From: Rhina ancylostomus
Taxonomy: Eukaryota
Assembly (NCBI GenBank): GCA_030265395.1
Contig: JARFYF010000062.1
Coordinates: forward strand, 20,981,680-21,045,679
DNA length: 64,000 bases
Direction of reading: 5' to 3'
A model generated the notes under the pieces. The model was not told the origin of the DNA. It was given only the letters and a program-made list of their open reading frames with translations, and searched no databases. Positions within the stretch are counted from its first letter, which is position 1, and every line of letters starts with the position of its first letter. Both the position numbers and the translations under genes were made by a program. Positions 24,956 to 37,526 of the stretch are shown here, piece by piece.

Positions 24956-27507
24956 TCACTACAAGTTTTTCTTAATTCAGTTATCCATCTTTGGAATTTT
25001 TTTCTTCAAAGTGTGGCGGAAGCAGTATATTTGAATATTTTAACAGCAGAGGTAGATAGGTTCTTGACATATAAATGGGTGAAAGGTTACCTGGAATGGA
25101 TTGGAAAATGGAGTTTGGTTTATAATCAGATTAACCATAGTCTTACCATATGGTAGAGAAGACTTGGTTGCTCCCAATTCATATGTTCGTAAACAGGTGC
25201 TGCCTCACTCTATGGGATAGAGCAAACCATCATGCTGAGAAGTCTTGTCCATTGCCTGGTTAAGTCAGGGGAGCCCCAGAGTACTCAGTATTGCACATCC
25301 AAAGAGATGTGTTGGTCCCTTGTGTGCTACAAGGCTTTGCCATTATGGGGACATCATCCTTTCCATAAAATCATAGAGTCATTGAATGGTACAGAACACA
25401 AATGAGCCCTTCAGCCCATCACATTCATGCCTATCTATTGAGCTATCTACACTGTCCTCACAAGCTATCCATTTGCCTTCATTTGGATTGCATCCTTCTA
25501 TGCCTTGCCTATTTGTTCCTGTCTAAATGCCCCTTAAACAGAGTAATTGTACTTGATAGTATCACCTCCTTTAGCAGCACATTCCAGATATCAAAAGTGG
25601 AGAAACAGGAAGATGAAGAAGAATAGAGGAGCCAATAGATATATCTACTTTTAGTTGTGCAGGAATTCACAGGCTGTGCCACTGGGTAAAGGCAGTACTA
25701 TTTGCCTACTCACTAACAGTGTCTCTTGAGGTTGGTCCTCACAGTTTGTTCACAATACAATAACTGAAGCCAACATCAGGTAAGCAATAGAAATCGAATT
25801 TACAAATCAATGCAGGTTATGTTACTTGGAAACACATTGTTCAGAATAAAAGCAGAAAATGCTGGAAAGACTCAGCAGGTCAGAAAGCATCTGGGGAAAG
25901 AGAAACAGTGTTAATGTTTCAGGTCCGAGACCCTTTGTCAGAACTCTTAGTTTCTCCCGATTTTCTTATAACCCCTTTTGACTGATGCTCTCATCTGGGT
26001 GACTGTTGCAGATTGGGTGGCAGAAGACACTGACAATCTATAGGTCAGCATGGAGTCAGGCCTCATGGTATGGCTCCAGCACATTCAGGCCTTCCATGGT
26101 CTTCGAAAGCCTGGCCTCAGGCTGCATCATCTCACTCTGGCTGGGTTAGCCACATCCCATGGGAGTGGAATGCCAAATTGGCTTTGCTGCATAGAGAATG
26201 GTGCCCTGCCACCTAGGGTGGTATAACAGGTGAACCCATTTCTCCCATTGTTTACACAGGGAGAGGGTGGATACTCATATTATAACAGCAGCTGGAGCAC
26301 AGTAATCCAACAAGCAGGTATTCCCATGCTCAGCTGATCAGGCCTGGTGTCTGCTGATGGTATTTCTCAGTGAAAGTCTGCAGAAGTTTGACCCAGCAGG
26401 CTGGAAACCCCAGAAAGTGTTTGTATATTTATTGTAATGAAGGGGTAACAGCTAAATCTCGCATTCTCGACAATATAGCCATTGCTTGATTTACAAAAGG
26501 CTCGCATTCTCAGGAAGAATATTGTTAAACAAGATTTTGTAAATTGAAAAGGTTGTGTGAAATGGGTGATGTGGTACAGTAGATTCTTTATATGGAGAGT
26601 GGTGTGCTGTTTGTTATAGTGAAAAATCACTTCATAATTCAAAGACATGTATCCCAAAGAGTCAATGGTGTAAAGGCAAAAATTTGTGAATCTGTCATTC
26701 ATAAATCTGCATGTGTACTTGAAAGTTTTCCAGGCATTTGGCTATAGGGGTGATTCAGCAAGGACTGGAATCAGCATTATGCATACCCAATGTAGAGATG
26801 CACATTGGCAAAGTAATTAACTGGGTCTGAATGAGCAATATATTCACATTTTCCACAATGCAAGGATCCATTTGCAGCCATGTTTTATAGATGGGAGGAA
26901 ACAACTCTGATCTGACAGGTAGTCAGATAGTTTGATGACTCTGAGAAATCTGTACTTTGAACAAGTGAACCTGTGGATTTGGCCACATGGCCCTGAATGT
27001 ACTGAATGAAAGCACTCATAGCTGTAGGATCTGGGATGTTCATGGGAATCAAAGTAGATTGGTAGTGTCATATTCCACTGCTCAGTATGAGTCATGAACT
27101 AAAATCTCACTTATAAGTGAGCTTCAAATGAGCTAATACAGCAAAAATCAGTTGCCCCTGCTCATCACGATTCAGAGACTGTGAAGTACAGGGTTATATC
27201 CGTAAACTCTATAAGCAGAGCAATGCAGGCATGAAGATGTGCTGAATTCTTTTTGGGACAGAAAAAAATCATCTTTGAAATTCATAGCTCTAAAGGCTTT
27301 ACTACTGGAAGAACTGGGTGTGGGAATGTAGCTACCTTTACAAACTTAGGAGATAACATTGTCAGACATGAGCCATTCTTCAACTTCCCCAATGGTGTTA
27401 CTAGTCATGTTTCTCTAGTTTACACTGTCTCTCCTACGGACAACATTGAAACATCCATGGCAGAGGCAGTACAATGGGAATGGCAGTGCACTGAATTGAA
27501 GTTGCAG

Positions 27508-28028
27508 TGAGGAAGTGAAGGGTTAAGAATCGCAACCATACCTGGTAGAAGAAATATATACGTATATTTCTCTAGCAAGGACTAGCAAGCTGCTGACCCA
27601 CTAGTTAAGTTGGAATGTTAAGTATGTTAACTGCCTTTGTTTTGGGTAATGGGCCATTCTGATCTGTCAGACAGTAGCGATACCGGGTGTAATTAACATC
27701 AAGATGGAAGCTTGGTCTAAACAATGAAGGATGATACCTGCCGTTGAATGTCGTGATTCTAACTCAATTTTTCTAAGACAAAAAGTGTGATAGCTGTCTC
27801 AGGATCTCTATAGCTTGACTGAAGCTCGCGGAGCCGTATGCATGGGATGTGCGTGACAATGCCTACATAAAACCTTTGTCTGCCCTTTGTACGGGGAGAA
27901 CTCAGGAAGCAACTCTGAAGAGAATTCTCCTAGTGGTGCATTGCTAATAAAGGTATTATTTCGAATCAACCTCATGGCACTATGTTACTTACAACGGACA
28001 GAAGGGAAAAACTAATTTCAGTATGACA
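27508..28028 (+). repeat. ERV 5' LTR
   Basis: Starts TGAGGAAGTGAAGGGTTAA, AATAAA at ~27946, ends ATGACA 3 nt before the PBS. Confidence 0.85.
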
Positions 28029-28031
28029 AAT

Positions 28032-28049
28032 TGGCGAGCCAGCCAGGAG
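28032..28049 (+). promoter_or_regulatory. primer binding site, tRNA-Arg(ACG)
   Basis: TGGCGAGCCAGCCAGGAG is the complement of the vertebrate tRNA-Arg(ACG) 3' end ...CTCCTGGCTGGCTCG-CCA. Confidence 0.88.
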
Positions 28050-28602
28050 TTCAACAGGAGGTTTCGGAAGTGGCGTGAGCAATCGACAGGAGCAACGACT
28101 ACCTGAGATGGAAGAGTCCACAAGGTAAAATTCACCTTGATTCCTCTCGGGCAGCCGAACTTCTGACCGATCCCTTCACTTATCGAAAACCCTCTGACAG
28201 ACTCCTCGCAAGACTGTCCGAGTGCCACAGGTAAGAGGGGTTCCCCAGTTAGATTCGGGTTTGGGGTTCGATGCCCAGTTAGATTCGCGTTTGGGGTTCG
28301 AGTCCCCAGTTTGGGGTTTGGGGTTCAAGTCCCCAGGTTTGCGTTTTAAATTTGTGAATTTCAGGGTTTTGAGTTCTAAGTTCTGAGATCGGTTCTCTGG
28401 TACTACCACCCTACCATAGACAGGTTCTTAAGAGGGGAAATCCTCCTTGGGAAGGTCAGGAACCTGAAGTGGGTGAAGGAAAGAGACCGATCGATCTTAT
28501 AAGATAATCGAAGCAATCTATACCGTATGGCTTAAAGTTTAAAAAAATAGGGAGAGAAAAAAATTGGGAAATGAAATATGGCCATTGGGGGGATCTTGGG
28601 AT

Positions 28603-29384
28603 ATGAGTAAGCGCCTGAAGGCAGAAAGGGTGATTTGGGCATGGAATATGGGGGAAAATGGAAAATAATAATGTCCACTTGGAGAAAAACAGCCGAAGAA
28701 CTGACAAATAAATCTAAACGGAATAGTTGGGAACATAATGCACATAGAAGAGGGATTAGTGTGTGTGATGAGAAAGGTGATCCCAAGAGTTGGGAAATTC
28801 TGAGTTCTCAGTGCGGAGACCATGATCAGAAGAATAAGGACAAAACATAGAAATAGTAATAAAAAGGATAATAGCAAGGAGAAAGTGGAGGTACCTTCCA
28901 ACATGTCTGGTGTGCCCCTGTTGTTCCAAAATACCGATACGGATGAGAGTGAGGAGGATTGGAGGGTTCGACCCACAGCCCCTATCTACCTCCAAATTCC
29001 ACCACCGCTCCCATGCAATGTGGCTAGCCTGCAAACCATTAATGCCAGCCAAGCCCCATCACGGGAGCCCCTGAACAAAAGCCACAGACATACAGCAGAA
29101 CCTTTTGCTAGGGGACAGACCTATTATAGATCCTCAGTTGGACAATGATTATGACTCCAATTCTACCACTAATAGTGATGACCTTAGAGGTCCTGACCCA
29201 TCACCTATGCCAAATAAGGCAAAGGGAATTAGGGCTAAAAAGCAGCTCCCCAATAGGAATGTCCCCAATCCCGATCCAGCCCGAGCACTTGCTAATCCCA
29301 CGATCCAAATTTACATCCCTTGGAAGCCTCAGGAGATGTGCCTAATCATGAGTCAGGCGCCCAACAGTAAAATGAACCCAGCGC
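28603..29384 (+). pseudogene. gag: ERV gag N-terminal part (matrix, Pro-rich region, start of capsid), frameshifted and truncated
   Basis: RPTAPIY late-domain-like motif, IYIPWKPQEM capsid-start-like motif, position after leader. Confidence 0.65.
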
Positions 29385-31234
29385 CAAGTAAAATCTCAGG
29401 ACACCCGTCTAAGCACCACTGAGCAGCAGCTTACCCCGAACATATTGCTCTCATCATTGCTACCCCAGCCCCCACTACCCCAAAGGGGATGTGTGCCTTC
29501 TTAGGTTTAGTAAGTTTCTGCAGGTAGTAGCTACCTGACGTGGCCCTCCTTACTAAGCACCTCACACCTCTGGTTTCAAGCCAGTCCTTGGGACCTTTTG
29601 AACTTAAGGAGAAACAAAAGGTGGCCTTTGATAAGCTCAAAGAGGCCCCCACCAGCACCCCAACCCTGGGGCGATCCCTATATGATCGCCCATTCCAGCT
29701 TTTTGCGAATGTTGTGGAGGACTGCCCTACAGCTGTCCTGACACAAGCCCATGGGGATAGAAAAAGACCAGTGGCACATTACTCTCTAAGGACAGTAGCT
29801 AATATCTTTACTGATTCCCACTATGCTTTTGGAGTCGCCCATGATTTTGGACAACTATGGGCACACAGGGGACTTCTGACCTCTACAGGCAGTCCTATAC
29901 AGAATGCGGCTTACATGAAGAACCTCCTCCAAGCCATGCTCCTCCTTAATAAATTGGCCATCATTAAATGCTCAGCTGACCTCTCAGACACCTCCCTAAT
30001 AACACAGGGCAATAACAGGGCAGATGCAGAGGCAAAATTGGCAGCACACTGGGGGACGACTATGATTTCGACTGCGGAAAAATAGGCAGTTGTTTGTAAA
30101 CCGACAATAGCAATGCAGGGCACCCCAGACATGGTCACTCTGCAGCACTTACAGGGGGACGCCCCTGACTCAGAAAAACAAATGTGGAAGGTGTACACAC
30201 ACCACACTGCACCACACGGCCTCTGGGTTACTCCAGTCCGTCAAGTATGTATGCCTGATTCTTTGTTACCAATGCTTATTGACTGCCTTCATTCTGACAC
30301 CCACCTTGGCAAGGAGGGAATGAGTAACATTTTATTACGTACCTGGTGGCATCCCAGATTGGAGGAAGCAGCACAAGGCAAAATACGGTTGTGTTTGATA
30401 TGCCAACAAATCAACACTGGAAAAGGGGTGAGGTGCACCCCAGCCAAAACCCCCTTGCCAGGTGGTCCTTTTGAATGTATACAACTCGACTTTATTGAAT
30501 TACCACGTGTACATTGTTATACCTACTGTCTCGTTATTGTTGATATATTTAATAGATGGATTGAAGCTTTTCCAACCACCAACAATAAGGACTCAACGGT
30601 GGTAACGTTATTGCTGACAGAAGTTATACCAAGGTTTGAGTTACCACGTCAGATAAGTTCAGACAATTGTCCCCACTTCATAGAGAAAATAAATAAAGAC
30701 GTGTGCCAGGCCCTGCATATCGAACAGCAGTTTCACTGCGCCTACCACCTTCAGGCAGCGGGTAGAGTAGAACGAGCTAACAACACGCTGAATAATAAAC
30801 TAACGAAATTAGTATCAGAGACTAGTCTAAATTGGCTGAAGGTTTTCCCGTTAGCATTATGCCACATGGGAATTACCACCCGCTCGGCCACCGGGGTTGT
30901 CGGCTGCCGAAATCGTCTATACACGTCCGGTAAGAACCCCATGGGAGCCCCCCACCCAGGTTAACCTTGATACCTTAATATCATGGGGGATGAACTACAA
31001 AGGTAATTTAGACAACTTCCGTCTTCTCTAAACTTTCTTCATTCACAGGTGAATACCACCAGAAGGACAAAATGTGGAGCTGCTTGACCTGGATATCGGA
31101 GATTCTCTACTAATATGAGATTGAAAGCGCCCTAAACTTGGTGGGAGGGCCCCTTCCAGATACTATTCCAAATTCCTGCAGCCGTGAAAGTACGGGGCCA
31201 GGAACGCTGGTTTTATCTGAGTGACTGTAAATGA
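29385..31234 (+). pseudogene. pol: ERV pol remnant: RT C-terminus/tether, RNase H, integrase
   Basis: PTTPKGMCAFLGLVSFCR; RPFQLF; ANIFTDSHYAFGVAHDFG...GNNRADAEAK; HSDTH..CLIC; IQLDFIEL, SSDN, VERAN; WEGPFQI..AVKV..W. Confidence 0.93.
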
Positions 31235-32646
31235 TGGCCGCCGGAAGGAAGATGACATTTCTTGGATTCGGACTCCTTGCCATTACTGGTACTCTTGCGT
31301 AGGCATCAGAGGATAATCTGTTTTTAAAAGTACACATGCAGCTACATGGGAATCGCACCGTTTTCTACCCCTTGGCAGAATCAGTTGAAGGCCTTTTTGT
31401 AGCCACACCAAACTGGAGCCCCAGGGCCCTTTTAAATTATGAATACTCAACAACAAAGTGTATTGGGCATACGGGAACTTACTGGAAGTTGCTGCCGGGT
31501 AAATGCTTGCAAAGAACAGTAACAGGTCCGAGTAGCACAACCAATCACCAGTCCTTCTCCCGCTGCTTTACCAGTAAAGGATGGGGTTGTGGGATAGCCA
31601 TTGTGCAGCACACGATATCATGTGCTACTACTACTTGAACAGAGAGAAAATGTGGATTTAAGGGGGTATGGTTTAGGTGTGAGTGCGCTGCCACTAGGTG
31701 TGTTACGTTAGTTGCAGTGAAGCGATGGGTTTGTGGGGAAGGGAACGGAACCCATGTGAAATTGTCCAATGTCTCTTTAGAATTGCTAACCATGGAGAAT
31801 TAGCATGGGAGAAATGTTACTGGAAGCACTTGGTATCTCAAATGCCCAGTCCACAGCAATGGGGTAATGTAACCTGTTACCGAGCTAAGGAAGAGTATGT
31901 GTTCCTCTCTAATGGTACTTACACTACCGCCACCCCCACTCCGCCAACCTGATTTGCAATGGAAACGATCGGACAGGTCACGGTCCCCTGCTCCCAGAAG
32001 ACTCATGACCGACGACGACTTGTGATTCGGTCATTAGTGAGGAGTTCTGTGAGGACTGTAGGAATCCTATTACATTGGGATCTCCCTTATTGTCGTTAGG
32101 CTCTGGATTTCTGAGTATTCTTTCTCTCTGGGGGGGATTAGCAGGAACTATAGCCGCCAAATACCGGAACTACCTTATTTGTGGACTGGCCGCGCTGGGT
32201 AACAGAACGATGAAGGATTTGGATGCAGTGAACGGGGAAATGGCGGAGCTTCGACACTATGCCCAGAAGGCCAGGTATGCTGTAGACCAGATCAGCAAGG
32301 AGGAGTATTTGCCATAGTCGGGGACAAATGTGTCACCAATGTGAGAGATGAGTCCGACAACATTTTCCATGCCATTCAGGACATTCAGAAGCAAATAGAT
32401 AGCTTTAAGCAGGGACACACAGGAGTGATGGGTTGGTTGGGTTGGTTGGGGTGGTTACTAGGAGGATCATGGCCATCACACCGTCTGCATGGAGCAGTGG
32501 GTTTGATCGTTATTATAATAATATGCTGTGTGGTGCTGGCCTGTCTAAATACCTGTTACAAGGTCCTCATTAATAAACTCTCGACCCCGTTCTCGGCGCC
32601 ACTCTGTTTATCATGTAATCATAAAAGGGAGAGAATGAAGAAGTGA
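31231..32646 (+). pseudogene. env: ERV env (signal peptide, Cys-rich SU, TM with internal fusion loop), several stops and frameshifts
   Basis: MTFLGFGLLAITGTLA signal; basic RRRLVIR; LICGLAALGNRT..ELR..ARYAVD..QQGGVFAIVGDKC; Trp-rich stretch and TM helix AVGLIVIIIICCVVLAC. Confidence 0.88.
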
Positions 32647-33090
32647 AGGGTTAAAACTGTAGCCATACCTACAGCCGATAGAAAAAAGTACCTCGCAAGC
32701 AAAGAGCACGCAAGCTGTTGACCCAATGGATAAGTTGTTAATTACTTTGTCTGGGACCTTGGTCAGTCCCGTTTTGACATACAATAGGAGTACTGGGTGC
32801 AATAGCCAACGATGAAGAAGTTTGTCCTAAACAATGAGGGGTGATACTTGTCGTTGAATTTCGTTGATTATAACTCAGTTATGCTGGACAGTAGGTGCTA
32901 TATCTGTCTCGGGACCTCCATGCCTTGACCGAAACTCACGGTGCCCCATGCATTAAGTGTGCGTGACAATATCTGTCTGCTCCTTTGTACAGGGTGGAAT
33001 CAGGAAACGACTCTTAACGAGTGCTGAAGAGACGTCTCCTTAGTGGTGCACTGCTAATAGAAGTGTTTTATTGAATCGACCTCGTGGCGA
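32623..33090 (+). repeat. polypurine tract (32623-32635) and ERV 3' LTR (32636-~33090, 3' end missing)
   Basis: AAAAGGGAGAGAA|TGAAGAAGTGAAGGGTTAA; collinear with the 5' LTR up to GAATCGACCTCGTGGC, then replaced by a CR1 tail. Confidence 0.85.
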
Positions 33091-33255
33091 CAGGTACAGT
33101 TACCACATTTAAAAGTCATTTGGACAGTTCCATGGAGAGGAAAGGTTGACAGGTATGTGGGCCAAATGCAGGCAAATGGGAAAAGTTCAGGAAGACCACT
33201 TGGTCGGATGAGTTAGTCTGAAGGGCCTGATTCCGCGCTATATTGCTCTGTGACC
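33091..33255 (+). mobile_element. CR1 3' tail
   Basis: CATTTAAAAGTCATTTGGACAG...GAAGGGCCTGATTCCGCGCT. Confidence 0.7.
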
Positions 33256-35879
33256 CTCAGTCTGCTGCTCTTCTAGTTTGATCCTCTAATACTCCCCTAT
33301 AAAAGGGGCGGGTTCGCTGCAGGCAAATTGTGATTTGGTACACGATGAATGGGCAGAAGCTGCTACTTCCAGGGACCGTGCGTTAAGGGACCCTAAGGTC
33401 AGCAGCGTGGTGGGGTCTTTCGTTTGTCCAGGTTGGGTGGGAGAACTAAACTCCCAGAGCCAATGCAAAATGATCTTCAAATAATATAACAAACAAATGT
33501 GTTGTTCCCCATGAGTCTGTTCCAGATTCGTCTGTAATTCCAGTTGCACTGAGAACTCTTCCCCCAGACTCAGGAGAGGACACAGTGAGAGAACTGATCT
33601 CCGCAGGTGCAATGGCAGTTCCAGTGAAATATTTACAACCAACTACAGTGAAGAAACTCCACTGATCCCAGGAATCGGTGAGAGCTGCTCCGGGAATCCA
33701 GGACTGGTTGCGGGCTGCCTTACCCTCCAATAGCAAGCTTCACATTGTCATTGTGGATGCGGGTTCTGTCTCGGAAGGATGTGACTGTCTTGGACCATCC
33801 TGACCCTGGACTGCGCCACGTTAGCTCTTCAGACACGGCCCAATACGGTTATTTAGTGCTGGTGAACATCTGAATATGAGATATGATTCGTTGTTGTCCC
33901 TTATCGGCGACAGTGTTTAGACATTAAACAAAAAAAAAGCTAACAGAATAGAGAGTAACCGGGCAGCAGTTTGCAGAATTTACGCCATGGGTGCTACACC
34001 CTGGGTGCGTTCTCATTTCGCCTGTGCCCAGTTCCTCCGACTCGTTTCTATTGTGTCTGCTAAGTACCATAAGCTCCCTCAGAGAACATCTTCGTCCTTT
34101 TTTCCTTTTATTTGTCCGCGTCAGACAGCAACTATGACAAAAATGCCGAGACATACCAGCTGAACCAATCTTAAATACCTCAACCGACATGGCCAGTGTC
34201 GAGAGGAGACGGACAAAGGCAGGATCCTGTTATCGAAGGCCCGGCCTTTAACCTATCTATAAATCATTGTCTTCACAGCTCAAGGGCTCTTATGTGACAC
34301 AGAGGTGACCACAGAATGCAGAATGTTTCTGTGCAGAAGACTTACAGCATCCATGTAAGCCATTGAGTCCCGCGAGAAGATTCTCTGCTCGAAAGATATA
34401 ATAGTTCACTCCACTGTTGTCCCATTCCAGTGGAGCCGAACTGACAGCACCTTCCACCCACTTGTCTCTAGCTCTCGCTTGCTTATCCTCCGGGAATTGT
34501 GCTCCAACATATTTCATATTTCAGCCTGTAGTTTAATTAATTCATTTCTGCCTGTCTCCGCCCACTGGTGTTCACATGTTATTCACACCAGCACCCGCAG
34601 ACCTTGGCGTTACACAGGCCGAATTGCACATGTACTGCTCAACGTTAACAGAACTGCACATACTGGATCCTTTCACGGAAGCGTATCTCCATGTGCCCCT
34701 CACCGGTGTCTATCACGCAGACCCGCCAACTCCGCCACTGGAAACACGGAAGTAGTGCAGGAAATCGAAAGGACGATCTCCGTCGGATTCGGTTGGGCTC
34801 TGAGAGCTGGTAGATTTAGGGAGGTATCACTGACGGAGATGGGAGGACCTGAGAGACACTGTTCCTGCCAAACAGTGGGCCGTGACAGTGATGACCATGT
34901 TTGATAGTGGGTGAAGTTCCGGATTCACTGCTTTTGGAAGATCCCGCTACAGTTGTTTCACGTGTTTCCTTCCACAGTGTTCCTCTACCAAGCCTCCCAA
35001 GAGAGAATGACTGACACGGTGGTGGCGCCGACCATGAGAGGATATTGAGGACTGATACTTGCGAATGATCTGCCTGGAGGTGATGTGTCGAAAGAGCAGA
35101 AGAATAAAAGGAATTACGAAAGAATGAGGAGAGGGGTAAACTATTTGGCCAGAAATGCCATCTGTCGAAAGGATGGATAGGGGGAAGTTCAGGCCTAAAT
35201 GGAGGAGGAGTGAGGAGAGCGATTCCATTGGGTAAAAATCCACCTTCACTCTGTGGAGAAACTACAAACATTAACTGGACATGTTATGATGTTTCCCAGT
35301 TTGCTGAGGGAGTCTGGAATAAAGAGAGAGCAGGAAGCTGCACTGCTCAGTTCCTCGATTCACCGGGAAAATCTGAGGGACAGAAATTTTATCCATGATC
35401 CATTGACCAGCTCGCAGTGAATCACAACCAATGAAATGGTGATGGAATCTCCCTGACACCCGACGTTGAGTATTTTGCGAATTAAATATTAAGTTTGTTG
35501 TAAACTGTGCTCTGGAAAATAAACACGCCCATTTACAGTTGATGGAAGGATGAAAGATCGTGCAGGTGCTGACACAAGCTGGTATACTCTCCGAAAACTG
35601 CGCTGTGCTGGAATGTAACTGGTGTTCAATGGTTGGAAGGCAGCAATACTCACCGCTGCACCGCCATTGTTTTACACAAAGAGAGAGCAAAACAGAAACA
35701 AAGCGATGTTTCTGTGGGCTTGGTCGTTTGCAGCGAGCATCTGATGTTTCAAATGACATGCCGAAACTTGGAATAATTGTTAAAAATTCGGAACTATTTA
35801 TGGGTAGATATATTCTCGCTATGTTTCAGTTCCCGGCATGAGATGTCTTCATCTTCCACCAGATCGAAGTGGCAAAACA

Positions 35880-37392
35880 TCCTAACACCAACATTCACGG
35901 CTGGAGAGGAGGACAATAGGAGCAGACGAATGCTTGTCTTAAGGGTGGGTGCAGCGAGAACAGTTGAGAATATTTGGACCATTAGCATCTCATCTGGGAC
36001 AAGGGTGTCCTCTCCAAGTAGGAAGTTTGCATCTGAACTGGAGGGGGACCATTATAATGGGGGACAGACTTGCTGATGTTGGCAAAATGGGTTTTTACTT
36101 AATTGATAGTGGTTATGTTCCAAATAAGAAGTGAGGCAGAAGGGAGGATGGAAGCTGAGACAAAATTCAATTCCGGTCAGTGGACGATACAGATAGAGGC
36201 TTGGAAAGCCAGGAAAAAAACGATGGATTAATTTTCTCTTATTTTAATGCAAGAGGCCTGACTGGTAAGGAGGATGAACTCATGGATGGATAGCTACATT
36301 GGACTGGGATATTATAGCCACGAGAGAAACATGGCTGTAGGAGGGACAGGACTGGCGGCTCAAAGTTCAGGGCACAGGTGCAACAGGCATGACAGAGATG
36401 GAGGAGAGAGAGAAGGGGAGTTGCATTTCTGATTAAGGAGAACGGCAGTATTTCAAAATGAAATTTCGTGAGGCTTCATTGGTGGAGTTGAGAAATAGGA
36501 AAGGGATGGTCACCTTGTTGGGATTGTACTATTTGCCCCAAAATAGTCAATATAAATTAGAGTAATAAATATGCAGGGTGACTGCAGAAGGTTGCAAAAA
36601 TAATACGATTGTCTTCGTCGGGATTTTAACTTTCCTAATATTGATTGGGACTGCCATATTGCTATCAGTTTGGATGAGGTGGAATTTGATGTGTGTGCAG
36701 GAAAGTTTACTCAGGCGATAAATGGAAGGCCCTGCTAAGGATGGAGCAAAGGTTGGCCTGGGTCAGTAGGGGAGCACCTTGGGACCAGCGACCTCGCCTT
36801 CTTAAGTCAGAGCATTGAGTCGAGATGCCGCGATGTTCTATTGCAACTTTACGAGATGTCGATGGCCGCATTTGGAATATTGTGTTCAGTTTTGTTTACC
36901 CTGCCATTACCATTGAGTGGGAAAGACTGGAAAGGAGATTTATGAGGATTTTGGCAGGACTGGAGAGAAGGAGGTGTAAGGAGAGTTTCAGCAGATTGGG
37001 CCTTTTCTCATTGGAGTCTACGAGAATGATGGGCGATCATATAGATGTGTTTTAAATTATGAAGGACATAGATATGGTGAATGCGCAGTCGTTTCCCCAG
37101 GGTTGAAGAATCAAGAACTGGAGGGCATAAGTTTCAGATGGAAGTGGAGACAATTACTGGGAATATGAGGAGAAATGTTTTCATCCAGAGGATTGTCTGT
37201 GTATGGAATGAACTGCCAGATGAAGGGTTTGATACAGTACACTGACAGCATTCAAAAACTTCTTGGACAGGTACATGGTTAGGAACAAGGGATATGGGAC
37301 AAATGCGGACAAATGGGACTAGCTTGGATGGAAATCTTGGTCGGCATGGATCAGCTGGGCCGAAGGGCATGTATCCGTGCTGTATGACTCCT
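35880..37392 (+). mobile_element. internally deleted CR1 LINE (ORF1 end, APE endonuclease, 3' end)
   Basis: LHLNWRGT (esterase-type ORF1 end), FNARGLTGKEDEL, DFNFPNIDW; the RT core is skipped at ~36800; tail GGGCCGAAGGGCATGTATCCGTGCTGTATGACTC. Confidence 0.8.
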
Positions 37393-37526
37393 TGAATCTG
37401 AACTGTCAGTTTCACGTTTATCTGGGATTTAGAGTCACATCGGATTTAGCATCCGAAATGATTTTAAAAATATGTTTTGGCTTGTCTGAGAATGTCTGCT
37501 CACTGTTCATACTTCATGGTCACCAG

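Larger units (their letters stand above)
27508..33090 (+). mobile_element. defective class I (gamma/epsilon-like) endogenous retrovirus: LTR-PBS-gag(del)-pol(del)-env-PPT-LTR
   Basis: Paired homologous LTRs, PBS, RNase H, HHCC/DDE integrase, GPY/F module, env with TM anchor, PPT. Confidence 0.95.

Noticed and set aside
33286-35760. Several exon-like segments with splice-like sites (e.g. 34345-34525 minus) and TATAAAAGGGGCGGG at ~33298
   Set aside because: No consistent frame or recognisable product; cannot be supported
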